From a bacterium (GTDB lineage Bacteria; Patescibacteriota; Minisyncoccia; Phycocordibacterales; UBA9973): 64,000 bases of DNA. A model generated the notes under the pieces. It had not been told where the DNA came from, ran no database searches, and saw only the letters and a list, made by a program, of their open reading frames with translations. The stretch lies in assembly GCA_037127795.1 (NCBI GenBank), contig JBAXXQ010000001.1:78607-142606 (forward strand). Reading direction: 5' to 3'. This document shows, piece after piece, positions 45,917 to 55,074 of this stretch. The position numbers and the translations under genes were made by a program. Numbering within the stretch: the first letter of the stretch is position 1; every line of letters begins with the position of its first letter.

Positions 45917-46558
45917 ATGCAAGTAAAAGAATGTTCACCTGTAGGGATAGATGTTATACAAAACAAAGGAGCAATTATTATCGGAGTAAGTATTAATAAT
46001 AGTTATTTTAAAGAATCTAATTTAACAAAAATAATTTCTTGGTCAGCGACAAGAGCAAGTAATGTTTATATTATGATTCCTGATACTCCGTCGGTAAGTA
46101 CATTAATTGCTTTAGGGTATGAGCAGAATAAGGCAGAAACACTAGCAAGACTGAAATCTAATAGTTTAGAAAATAAGTGTTTATTTATTATTAAAGAATT
46201 AAATCTTGATAATATAAAAATTATTAGATGGAGGGATTTGATAGGAAGGATAGAATATGTTCAAGCAATCGGGCATATTAAATATTTCTACGACAACGAC
46301 CTATCTTTTAAAGATGCATTGAGAAAAACAACTAGTGATGTTCTCAAACATAATATGTCGGATGTTCCTAGTGAATCTCAGATAGATATAGGTGTTGTTT
46401 TCTTACTTCAAGAGCTTGCCTTTATTTGTCATGCAGACTCTATTTTAAAAGAAGAGAAGTTGGGATATTTGTATCACAACACAATGGATGTTTTAAAAGG
46501 GATTATTGAAAATAGGTTTTCTTTCAAAACAAAAATTGGTTTTATCACCGCAGAATAA
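45917..46558 (+). CDS. tRNA-dependent cyclodipeptide synthase (CDPS, AlbC/YvmC family)
   Basis: AIIIGVSINNSYFKESNLTKIISWSA matches the CDPS hallmark GISxxNSxF..LIxWA; FLLQELAFICH...YLYH matches the ELP(F/Y)..YH C-terminal catalytic region; 213 aa. Confidence 0.65.
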   Translation: MQVKECSPVGIDVIQNKGAIIIGVSINNSYFKESNLTKIISWSATRASNVYIMIPDTPSVSTLIALGYEQNKAETLARLKSNSLENKCLFIIKELNLDNIKIIRWRDLIGRIEYVQAIGHIKYFYDNDLSFKDALRKTTSDVLKHNMSDVPSESQIDIGVVFLLQELAFICHADSILKEEKLGYLYHNTMDVLKGIIENRFSFKTKIGFITAE

Positions 46559-46704
46559 TCATTACCTTTAAAAGCCTATATGTGATTTATAGGCTTTTTT
46601 TGTTTATATATTAATTCCTTCTAATAGAGTTTCCTAAGCTCGTCGAGTATAGGACACCCTATTTAGACAAGCTTAGAACAGCTTTTCTGGTATACTTGTT
46701 ATAT

Positions 46705-47667
46705 ATGGATTTAATTAATTGTCTTGAAAATAATTGTTTTGGAGTTCCTGATTCTAAAATAGATACACTTTTATCAACATTGTATTTTTTTAACGAAAAG
46801 GTAATAAAGATTTATAAACATAAAAAAGCTTTTTATGGTGATTTGTCAGATAGTGATTTCAGAAGAGATTTTTATATTGAAGATTTTACTTGGAATAATA
46901 CATTGAGCCCTGATTTATATCTTCGTTTGGTCGGTGTTGTTATTGAAAACAATATTCCCGTAGAGGTCTCACATGGTAGTGCTACAGATTTTTATATAGA
47001 AATGAAGAAAATAGATAGTTCAAAAAATATAACAAATTTGTTAGATAAAAATAAGATAACATCTGAAGATTTGGAATCTATCACTTCTTACATGATTAAA
47101 AAAATAAGGGTCCTTACTTCTGAAAAAAAAGAAAAAATGAAGGATTTATTTTTAGGTAATTGGAAGGCTATTTTAACTCAAGATGTTGAAGATTTACGGG
47201 GGTGGATGTATATGGCTGATACCTATATATTTAAAGGTGATGTTGATGAAATAATTGATTTTTTAAAAACATCTATTAATAATGATGAATATATTTCAAG
47301 TTTTAAATCTATTGATCTTGCAGTTTCTATTGACAATCAAGGTGACAACATACTTATGATTGATAATAAACCTTTGTTTATAGATATAATGCCACCTAAA
47401 TACAATTGGCGGGTTTGTGATGAATTTTTTAATATTTCAAGAATTGCTGTTGATGCTTATGTTCTTGGTGATGAAAAAAAGTATGAATCAGTATATGAAG
47501 TTTTTAATAATTTTGGGATAGAACCACCAGAACGAACAAGAATTATTTATGAAATTAGAAGTGCTCTTATTTTATGGCCATATAGACATATTCTTGGGCA
47601 AAATGAAATGGCTGAAAAGTATAAAAAATTTACTCTTGATAAAATTAATATATTAAAATCTTTGTAA
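46705..47667 (+). CDS. hypothetical protein, possible kinase-like (APH/PKL) fold
   Basis: SIDNQGDNILMID (Dx4N Brenner-like) followed by FIDIM (DFG-like Asp); leaderless: TGgTATACT -10 ends 8 nt before ATG. Confidence 0.3.
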   Translation: MDLINCLENNCFGVPDSKIDTLLSTLYFFNEKVIKIYKHKKAFYGDLSDSDFRRDFYIEDFTWNNTLSPDLYLRLVGVVIENNIPVEVSHGSATDFYIEMKKIDSSKNITNLLDKNKITSEDLESITSYMIKKIRVLTSEKKEKMKDLFLGNWKAILTQDVEDLRGWMYMADTYIFKGDVDEIIDFLKTSINNDEYISSFKSIDLAVSIDNQGDNILMIDNKPLFIDIMPPKYNWRVCDEFFNISRIAVDAYVLGDEKKYESVYEVFNNFGIEPPERTRIIYEIRSALILWPYRHILGQNEMAEKYKKFTLDKINILKSL

Positions 47668-47668
47668 T

Positions 47669-48457
47669 ATGGAAAAAATAAATTTTGAAACAAAAGAGAA
47701 TATTCCTAAATATAATATAACAAAGGTTGATTTCATAAGACATGGATCTACAAAATATGAGGAGAATAACTTATCAAAAGAAGAAAAAGATTTATTAGGT
47801 GAAAATATTCCTTTAGATTTAACACCTGAAGGTGAAGAAGAGGTTAAAAAATCTGCTGAAGAAATAATTAAAAAAATAAATCCAGAAAAAGAGATTGTAG
47901 TACTTTGGAGCTCTCCTGCCTGGAGAGCTCAAGGGTCTGAATCTATTATTAATCAAATGCTTAATAATGCTGGTATCCTTGTCTATAAAGATTCTTCTAT
48001 TAATCAAATGAGAAGTTTTGATCAGTATGATAAGGATTATATGGATAGTGTTTGGAAAAAAATAGCACCTATTGGTACTTCCTCAGAATTATTATATGCA
48101 CGCGATCCTGAGTTTCAGAGTAGAAATGATAAATTTGAGAGTCAACCAGAGGTGAAGGAAAGAGCAGAGCAGGTATTTAATTGGATTAGATATTTAAATG
48201 AGCATATTAATTTAGAAGATAAAAATCTTCATATTATAGGTGCTAGTCATTTTGAATTTTTAAATCCTATCATGGAAGATATATTTGATTTTAGGGTTGA
48301 AAATGGTGACGCTTTTAAAAAGGGGGAGAATATCAGCATTCAGTTTAATTTTAACAAGGAAACAAAAGAAACGAGTATTACTGCAGACTTCCGTGGGGTA
48401 CATAAAGAGGGTATTATTTTTGACCCTATAAAAAGAAAGTTTTCACTATTACCCTAA
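47669..48457 (+). CDS. histidine phosphatase superfamily protein (branch 1)
   Basis: FIRHGST (RHG) and IIGASHFE (SH) catalytic signatures. Confidence 0.6.
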   Translation: MEKINFETKENIPKYNITKVDFIRHGSTKYEENNLSKEEKDLLGENIPLDLTPEGEEEVKKSAEEIIKKINPEKEIVVLWSSPAWRAQGSESIINQMLNNAGILVYKDSSINQMRSFDQYDKDYMDSVWKKIAPIGTSSELLYARDPEFQSRNDKFESQPEVKERAEQVFNWIRYLNEHINLEDKNLHIIGASHFEFLNPIMEDIFDFRVENGDAFKKGENISIQFNFNKETKETSITADFRGVHKEGIIFDPIKRKFSLLP

Positions 48458-48499
48458 GCTCATTGGGCATAGGATCTAATTAATGTAACACTACATATA

Positions 48500-48540
48500 T
48501 TGACACATATGCCGTTTATCTATAATGTAAAGAAAAAATA
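48500..48540 (+). promoter_or_regulatory. promoter TTGACA-N15-TATAAT plus conserved 5' UTR gtaaagaaaaaata
   Basis: 20-mer tataatgtaaagaaaaaata identical to 50180-50199. Confidence 0.5.
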
Positions 48541-48546
48541 TAGTAA

Positions 48547-49167
48547 ATGAAAAAACAAAATTTATTCTTTGATTTAGATGGTATGAAATTTGATACCTTA
48601 CCAGTGTTTGTTTCTTATATCAATAATAGATATGGAATACAGACTAAAACTTCTGATCATATTGGTAATAATGACCGTTTGGATGCTGTTATAAAAAAAC
48701 ACGCACCACATATTACTTTGAGTTGGGAAGAGATTTATAAAGATGTTGGTGAAAATTTTCACTCATCGATAGTATGGCATAAAGATGTAGAGCCAATGGA
48801 AGATATGTGTGAAGTTATTTCGTTACTTTCAAATAAATATAATCTTTATACGGTTACCGCACGTCAGAAGGTAGGTGTTCATGTTGTCCAATATTTATTG
48901 GATACTCATATTCCTGGATGTATAGATGATATACATTGTGTATGGGACTATATTGAAGGAAAAGGTTTTTTTGAAATATCTAAAAAAGATTTCATAAAAA
49001 ACACACAAGGTGATAATATTGGATTTTTTGATGATTCATTAAATGAGGTAATGAAGGTCAAGAACACAATCCCTTCCTATTTGTTTGATCCAATGGATTT
49101 GTATGCAGACGTTCAAGGAGTAACTCGTATACGTAGTTGGCAGCAAATTGGTCATTTATATTTATAA
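48547..49167 (+). CDS. HAD-superfamily phosphatase, 5'(3')-deoxyribonucleotidase (NT5C)-like
   Basis: N-terminal LFFDLDGM (DxDG nucleophile motif); ~200 aa. Confidence 0.55.
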   Translation: MKKQNLFFDLDGMKFDTLPVFVSYINNRYGIQTKTSDHIGNNDRLDAVIKKHAPHITLSWEEIYKDVGENFHSSIVWHKDVEPMEDMCEVISLLSNKYNLYTVTARQKVGVHVVQYLLDTHIPGCIDDIHCVWDYIEGKGFFEISKKDFIKNTQGDNIGFFDDSLNEVMKVKNTIPSYLFDPMDLYADVQGVTRIRSWQQIGHLYL

Positions 49168-49263
49168 AAGTACGAGACAAGAAGTTTTTGCAGTAATGTA
49201 AAAACTTCTTTTTTGTTTTATATAAATGAATTTAAAAAAATATTTTCTGGTATACTTGTCTAT

Positions 49264-49659
49264 ATGAAAGAACTTACTCAAGAAGAAAAGTGGGTGATTA
49301 TCGACAAGGGGACAGAAGCTCCATTTGTGGGTACGTATGTAAACAATAAAGAGACTGGTGTATATGTGTGCAAACAGTGTGGTGCGCCGTTGTATGATTC
49401 AAAAGATAAATTTGAGTCTAGTTGTGGATGGCCTAGTTTTGATGATGAGATCTCTGGTGCGATTCATAAAAGTATTGAGAGTCGCGCTTCAATGGACACT
49501 GCGCGACACGATTCTGCAGAATCGAATGTCCGCACAGAAATAACTTGTGCGCACTGTGGTGGACACCTGGGGCACATATTCAAAGGTGAGCATTTTACAG
49601 ACAAAGATATTCGACATTGTGTAAACTCAATTTCATTAGATTTTATTCCAGGAAAATAA
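49264..49659 (+). CDS. msrB: peptide methionine (R)-S-oxide reductase MsrB
   Basis: CKQCGAPL...[18 protein letters not shown] (Zn Cys pairs + catalytic Cys); leaderless behind TGgTATACT. Confidence 0.85.
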   Translation: MKELTQEEKWVIIDKGTEAPFVGTYVNNKETGVYVCKQCGAPLYDSKDKFESSCGWPSFDDEISGAIHKSIESRASMDTARHDSAESNVRTEITCAHCGGHLGHIFKGEHFTDKDIRHCVNSISLDFIPGK

Positions 49660-49660
49660 T

Positions 49661-50146
49661 ATGATCAAAAAAGCAGTATTTGCAGGTGGGTGTTTTTGGG
49701 GATTACAAGATCTGATACGAAAGCAGGTAGGTGTGATAGAAACACAGGTGGGGTACACAGGAGGTAGTATAGAAAATCCTACATACGAGCGACATACAGG
49801 GTACGCAGAAGCAGTCGAGATCACATATGATACAGAAAAAACATCATACAAAAACTTACTTGATTTTTTCTTTCAAATTCATAACCCTACTACACTAAAC
49901 CAACAAGGCAATGATCGGGGGACTTCGTATCGCTCAGCAATTTTTTATGGAAATGAAGAAGAGAAGAAAGAGGCTGAAGATTTTATAAAAATTGTAAATG
50001 ATTCAAAACGGTGGGACGGTCCTGTGGTTACGACGCTCGAGCCGCTTGGTATCTTTTGGAGGGCAGAGGAATATCACCAAGACTATTTGGTAAAAAACCC
50101 TGCTGGATATACTTGCCACGCCATTTGGTTCGATAGTTATTTATAA
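49661..50146 (+). CDS. msrA: peptide methionine (S)-S-oxide reductase MsrA
   Basis: FAGGCFWG active-site motif. Confidence 0.85.
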   Translation: MIKKAVFAGGCFWGLQDLIRKQVGVIETQVGYTGGSIENPTYERHTGYAEAVEITYDTEKTSYKNLLDFFFQIHNPTTLNQQGNDRGTSYRSAIFYGNEEEKKEAEDFIKIVNDSKRWDGPVVTTLEPLGIFWRAEEYHQDYLVKNPAGYTCHAIWFDSYL

Positions 50147-50158
50147 AATGCACGTTTA

Positions 50159-50199
50159 TTGACATATATATATTTTAGTTATAATGTAAAGAAAAAATA
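50159..50199 (+). promoter_or_regulatory. promoter TTGACA-N15-TATAAT plus conserved 5' UTR (twin of 48500-48540)
   Basis: tataatgtaaagaaaaaata. Confidence 0.5.
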
Positions 50200-50203
50200 A
50201 AAT

Positions 50204-50728
50204 ATGGAAAAAATAGTAATTACTCAGGATCCTTTTACTCTTAGTAAGGAAATTATTGATGAGTATGGTGAATTTTTATTAGCACCAGAATATCAATTAC
50301 GTAGTTTTAGTGTTGGTGTATCATTTACGGTAAATGATTTAGAAATTATCGGTATGTATGGTCCAAATAGGTATCTCACCGGTTTGGAATTCAGAAATCA
50401 AATTGTTGCAAAAAAGTATGTACCACTTGATGCATATTGTGCTCAGGCTATTTTGCAAAATGAAGAAGCTTGTTATGAATTGAAATCAAAATGGTATCAA
50501 GAATTTTCTCATAAAGACAATACCGACCTAGACACGATAAGCTTTTTTGGATCTATGTTAGTTGATTGTAATAAAGCATTACAGGTACTTTCTTTTAAGT
50601 ATGATAATTGGACTGATTTTTATCAGCGACCAATTCTTACTCCTTTTGAAGCACGGGATCCATGGTTTAAAGATGATGATTTTGCTCTTGTTTTCAAAGA
50701 AGATTTTATAAAAAAGAATTTTGAATAA
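50204..50728 (+). CDS. hypothetical protein
   Basis: 174-aa ORF. Confidence 0.35.
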   Translation: MEKIVITQDPFTLSKEIIDEYGEFLLAPEYQLRSFSVGVSFTVNDLEIIGMYGPNRYLTGLEFRNQIVAKKYVPLDAYCAQAILQNEEACYELKSKWYQEFSHKDNTDLDTISFFGSMLVDCNKALQVLSFKYDNWTDFYQRPILTPFEARDPWFKDDDFALVFKEDFIKKNFE

Positions 50729-50741
50729 AATTTTACAACAC

Positions 50742-50778
50742 ACACAAATATCCTCTATGTCTCTGGAATAGAGGGTAT
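50742..50778 (+). terminator. rho-independent terminator
   Basis: tcctctatgtctctggaatagagggtattttttt. Confidence 0.65.
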
Positions 50779-50821
50779 TTTTTTATTAATTAATAAAAAA
50801 TATTTCTGATATACTCTGTGT

Positions 50822-52198
50822 ATGGAAAATGAATATAAAAATGACGGGGTAAATGAAATTTCGAAAACAAAAACGAATTGGAAATTTTTAGGTATTATGC
50901 TCGTTATTTTAATTGTTCAGATGGTTGGTATCTTTTTTTCTGGTGTATTGATGTTTATCAATGGTATAGATACGTTTAGTTTAGGTCTTTTTATAGGGGG
51001 ATTTATCGTTGCTACTGGTGTCATCTTGCTCCCTTTACCTTTTTGGATTACAGCGAAAAAGCAAAATAAAGGTTCAATTTTTACAATAAATATCCTTATC
51101 AGTGGTATTGTCTGTATCGAATTGGTATTTGTTTTAATAAGCTCAATTATTGGTGGTATACACAATCACTATCAACAAAAAGCATTTCAGGCACAGCTGA
51201 CACAAGAGACTGCTCGTGATAAAACAGAGTATCAAAAAATAATTAGCGGACCACAAACTGTTTTGATTAAGGGGTGGAAAGATAATAATAGTGGAACAAA
51301 TTTACTTGAAACAAATCTTGATTTCTACATATTACTTAATACATCATTTACTCCAGCTATAATAGATTACATTAATAAAAATATTGTTGGAAAACAGTTT
51401 GATCTTATTGTGCCTGAATATGCACCAGGAGAAATTAGTAATTCTGGGTCTAATGAGTATCCTATATGGTCTTGTAGATGTGATCTTGGTCAGAATGGAC
51501 AAGGATTTGAATCGATACTTAGTAAAATTTATAGAAATACACAACCACAATTTAATTCTAGTAATCAAATTATTAGTGAACAAAAAGCAACATATTCTCC
51601 TGGAGATGAATATGTTGATAAATTTATACATGGCACATTTAAAATTTTAAAGACAAATCAGGTTTTTGATTACAAATCTGCGTATGGGACTAATCCAGTA
51701 GGAAGTATCGCTGATTATAATCAATATGCAGTAAGTGATTGTATAACTAAAAATTGTAAAATAGTTTATTTTATAGATAATACATATAGTAATGTTGGGC
51801 CTGCGAATACATTAGCTGTTTTTAATGATATAGATAATCCTGCAATTGGTAAGGTTGTTGATACTACTTTTTATTCTGATGTGAAAAAAGTTGCAAAATT
51901 TTCTACCCCATATAAACCAGAAGACAAGGTTGTGTATACCATTTCATACACGCAAGGTGTAAAACAGGGACAGGTCACATATACAGACAACCTATGTACA
52001 GGTACTAAAGGGGGAGGGTTTAGTTGTCATGAGCCAAGCCTGTATAAAAATGCATTTGCTATATTTTCTCATACCGACAGCCAAGAAGAATATCAAAGTA
52101 TGAACTTCACAGGAAAAATAATAGAGACTGAATTGACCAGCTATCAGTATGCAACTCAGCCAGATACAGGTGAGCAGTTTCCTTTGGTAAAAAGATAA
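50822..52198 (+). CDS. hypothetical membrane protein (3 N-terminal TM helices + large Cys-containing extracytoplasmic domain)
   Basis: 458 aa; leaderless behind TGaTATACT. Confidence 0.4.
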   Translation: MENEYKNDGVNEISKTKTNWKFLGIMLVILIVQMVGIFFSGVLMFINGIDTFSLGLFIGGFIVATGVILLPLPFWITAKKQNKGSIFTINILISGIVCIELVFVLISSIIGGIHNHYQQKAFQAQLTQETARDKTEYQKIISGPQTVLIKGWKDNNSGTNLLETNLDFYILLNTSFTPAIIDYINKNIVGKQFDLIVPEYAPGEISNSGSNEYPIWSCRCDLGQNGQGFESILSKIYRNTQPQFNSSNQIISEQKATYSPGDEYVDKFIHGTFKILKTNQVFDYKSAYGTNPVGSIADYNQYAVSDCITKNCKIVYFIDNTYSNVGPANTLAVFNDIDNPAIGKVVDTTFYSDVKKVAKFSTPYKPEDKVVYTISYTQGVKQGQVTYTDNLCTGTKGGGFSCHEPSLYKNAFAIFSHTDSQEEYQSMNFTGKIIETELTSYQYATQPDTGEQFPLVKR

Positions 52199-52252
52199 GT
52201 TAAAAATTCTTGGGTGGGATATGTGATGTGTTATTTCTGATATACTTTGCGT

Positions 52253-52984
52253 ATGTTGAGGTTTAAAAAACAACCACTATTTTATTTTGTAATTATTTCT
52301 TTAGTAATACCGAGTTTTTGTTTTGCTACAGTAGATAGGGATATTCGCGTACAAGATATTAGAAATAAACAATTTGAATTATTGAGTCTCGATACGCCCA
52401 CTAGTTTTGGCGAAGCGTATGATATGGCAAAAATAGTTGCACAAAAAACAAAAATTCGCCCTGCATTTTTGTTGGCGATTTTTCAGCAAGAGCTTTCTTT
52501 AGAAAAAACAGATATGTGCTATCTCACTGATTTGCAAACAGGTGCTGGGGTGCGGATTATAGATGGAAAACAATTACAAAAAGTAATGAAACCAGAAAGA
52601 GATATTCCAGATTTTTTGCGTATTACAAAAGCGTTGCATAAAGATCCATACAAAACCGCTATTACGTGTCCAATGAGTTTCGGTTGGGGCGGGGCAATGG
52701 GGCCGGCAGATTTTATTCCATCTACATGGGCACAATATGAAAAGCGTATAGAGGATATAACGGGTGCACCAGCAAATCCGTGGAACACACAAGATGCATT
52801 TTGGGCTGCGGGATTATTTTTGTCAGATTCTGGTGCGAGATCAAAAAACACAAAAGGTGAATTTGATGCAGCAATGATTTATTTTTCTGGCTCTGCGAAA
52901 TCGCCATATACTTTTTATGCAAAAGGCGCACTAGCAAAAGAAGCTGTATTTGCTTCGTATATAAAAACCTTGGAAGGGAAGTAG
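52253..52984 (+). CDS. lytic murein transglycosylase (MltB/SLT_2 family-like)
   Basis: Signal peptide; RPAFLLAIFQQELS and GAMGPADFIPSTW match the MltB (GAMGQ.QFMPSTW) signature; probable ATG at 52253. Confidence 0.6.
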   Translation: MLRFKKQPLFYFVIISLVIPSFCFATVDRDIRVQDIRNKQFELLSLDTPTSFGEAYDMAKIVAQKTKIRPAFLLAIFQQELSLEKTDMCYLTDLQTGAGVRIIDGKQLQKVMKPERDIPDFLRITKALHKDPYKTAITCPMSFGWGGAMGPADFIPSTWAQYEKRIEDITGAPANPWNTQDAFWAAGLFLSDSGARSKNTKGEFDAAMIYFSGSAKSPYTFYAKGALAKEAVFASYIKTLEGK

Positions 52985-53042
52985 GCAGAGATAAAAAATG
53001 TATCTTTGACTTTATTTTATAATATGCTATTATAGATGTGCT

Positions 53043-53159
53043 ATGAAGCAAAATAACACAACAAAGCAATACCAAAAGACTGCAGCGAATATTCGTATGT
53101 CTGCCGTTCTCTTTTTTGGCACACAAAAAAATGCTTGTGTTAAGCTTCCGGTTTCTTAA
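53043..53159 (+). CDS. candidate 38-aa small protein with own extended -10 promoter and terminator
   Basis: TGcTATTAT at 53025-53033, ATG 9 nt later; MKQNNTTKQYQKTAANIRMSAVLFFGTQKNACVKLPVS; hairpin caagctgaacaaaagcttgg + T-run at 53195-53225. Confidence 0.3.
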   Translation: MKQNNTTKQYQKTAANIRMSAVLFFGTQKNACVKLPVS

Positions 53160-53256
53160 ACCAAATAAAATCTTTTTAAGGAATTCAAGCTGAACAAAAG
53201 CTTGGCTTTTATTTCAGCACATAACTATGTTCTTTTAACAATTAAATAAATAAAGT

Positions 53257-55011
53257 ATGAGTACAAAAACACGTACCCAAGTTTTCGCTACAGTGTGGCG
53301 ACATTGGAAACCATCTTTCGTAACACATAGATGGGCAGTATTTTTAACATTTTTATTCTATACGCTCGGAGCGTCTTGTGAATTAATGTTACGACCAAGA
53401 CAGTGGAAACAAGTCTTTGATGCACTTGTTTCCCATCACAACCCATGGTCTGCATTTTATGCAATCATTGGATTATCTGTAGGGATGTGGATAGCACATC
53501 GCCTCGGAGAGTTTTTTATTGTGAATGCTGAGGCAAAAATCATTCGACAACTCAAAGATTATGCATTGCATAGCTTGATGGGGAAGAGTATGGAATTTTT
53601 TTCAGCGCACGCATCTGGAGGACTTGTTGCAAAAGTAAAACGATTTGCGTCTGTTTCTGAAACAGTCATGGATGAATCTGTTTTTTCAATTAGCAGGTCT
53701 GTATTTTTTGTGATATACCTTGTTATTTTTACAGCGTTTACTATTCCAAAACTTTCAATTATTTTTGGAATTTGGATAGTCGTATTTGTAATTATTACTA
53801 TGTATATATCAAGAATTCGGATGAGGTTCGATTTAGAAAGCTCTGAAGCTGACTCTATCACCACGGGTCATATAGCTGATATTTTGATATCACTTATGAC
53901 ACTACGAGTATTTGCTAGAACAAAAGAAGAATATGAATCTTTTACCATAGCAACAAAAGAGGAGCAGAGACGGAGACTGAAAGCGTGGTTTCTGGGGAAC
54001 ATACAAAGAGCAACACAAGGATTTTTGATGGTAATATTGGAAATTGTTTGTATGTACTCTATTGTAAAAAATGTTACCATGGGGACCGAAACTATCGGTA
54101 CTGCTGTTATGATACAGGCGTATATTGCATCCTTATCTTCATATATGTGGGGATTTGGGCATGGTTTGGTAAAAATTAGAATTGCATTTGCTGACGCATA
54201 TGAAATGTCTACATTACTTGATCATAGTAATACAGAGCCAGTACAACATCAATTAACGGAAACAATTTTAACAAAAAATTCATTAGAATTTGAAAATGTT
54301 TCTTTTGGGTATTCTAAAGAATCTACTGCTCTCGATACCATACACTTCTCTTTTAGGGAGGGGGTACGGTACGGTATTGTAGGAGAATCTGGTTCAGGAA
54401 AAACAACGTTGATAAAGTTGTTGTTACGATTGTATGAAAACGATCATGGGATAATACGTATTGGTGATAGTGATATAAAACATATCAACAAGCACACACT
54501 ACGTTCCTGGATCGCATACGTTCCGCAACAACCATTATTTCCAAGTAGGACAGTCAGAGAGATTATCATGCTTGGAAAAAATGATGCATCAGAAGACGAT
54601 GTCATAATTGCTGCAAAAAAAGCATGTTGTGATTTTGTTTTCAAGTTACCGCGAGGTCTCGATACGCAAGTAGGAGAGCGAGGTATAAAGCTTTCTGGTG
54701 GCGAGTGTCAAAGACTTGCAATAGCAGCCGCTATTTTAAAAGATGCGCCTATTGTAATAATGGACGAACCTACTAGTGCACTTGATGCAGAAACAGAACG
54801 AGTAATTCAGGAATCTATCAAAAAACATTTTTCCGGAAAAACACTGATTGTTATTGCACACCGTCTCTCGACTGTTGCAATATTAGATGAAGTGGTTCTC
54901 ATGAAAAACGGAAAGATTGTGGTAAGTGCTCCACACAAAGAACTACTTGCTATTTCTAGGGAGTACGGTCATATGTGGGAATTACAAACCAATCCTCAAC
55001 AATTTATTTAA
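53257..55011 (+). CDS. ABC transporter, fused permease/ATP-binding exporter (MsbA/ABCB-like)
   Basis: 6 TM N-domain; Walker A GESGSGKTTL, signature LSGGECQRLAIA, Walker B IVIMDEPTSALD. Confidence 0.85.
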   Translation: MSTKTRTQVFATVWRHWKPSFVTHRWAVFLTFLFYTLGASCELMLRPRQWKQVFDALVSHHNPWSAFYAIIGLSVGMWIAHRLGEFFIVNAEAKIIRQLKDYALHSLMGKSMEFFSAHASGGLVAKVKRFASVSETVMDESVFSISRSVFFVIYLVIFTAFTIPKLSIIFGIWIVVFVIITMYISRIRMRFDLESSEADSITTGHIADILISLMTLRVFARTKEEYESFTIATKEEQRRRLKAWFLGNIQRATQGFLMVILEIVCMYSIVKNVTMGTETIGTAVMIQAYIASLSSYMWGFGHGLVKIRIAFADAYEMSTLLDHSNTEPVQHQLTETILTKNSLEFENVSFGYSKESTALDTIHFSFREGVRYGIVGESGSGKTTLIKLLLRLYENDHGIIRIGDSDIKHINKHTLRSWIAYVPQQPLFPSRTVREIIMLGKNDASEDDVIIAAKKACCDFVFKLPRGLDTQVGERGIKLSGGECQRLAIAAAILKDAPIVIMDEPTSALDAETERVIQESIKKHFSGKTLIVIAHRLSTVAILDEVVLMKNGKIVVSAPHKELLAISREYGHMWELQTNPQQFI

Positions 55012-55015
55012 TAAA

Positions 55016-55048
55016 AAACCAAAACCGCCCCCGTGGCGGTTTTTTTAT
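55016..55048 (+). terminator. rho-independent terminator
   Basis: aaaaccgcccccgtggcggtttttttattt. Confidence 0.75.
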
Positions 55049-55074
55049 TTGTATTTTTGCTATACTCAGTCACG

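Noticed and set aside
44885-53000. Calling the CDPS block a tRNA-His-integrated genomic island
   Set aside because: No integrase/recombinase gene is present and no direct repeat of the tRNA-His 3' end was found at the distal side. It is kept as an accessory-like block only.
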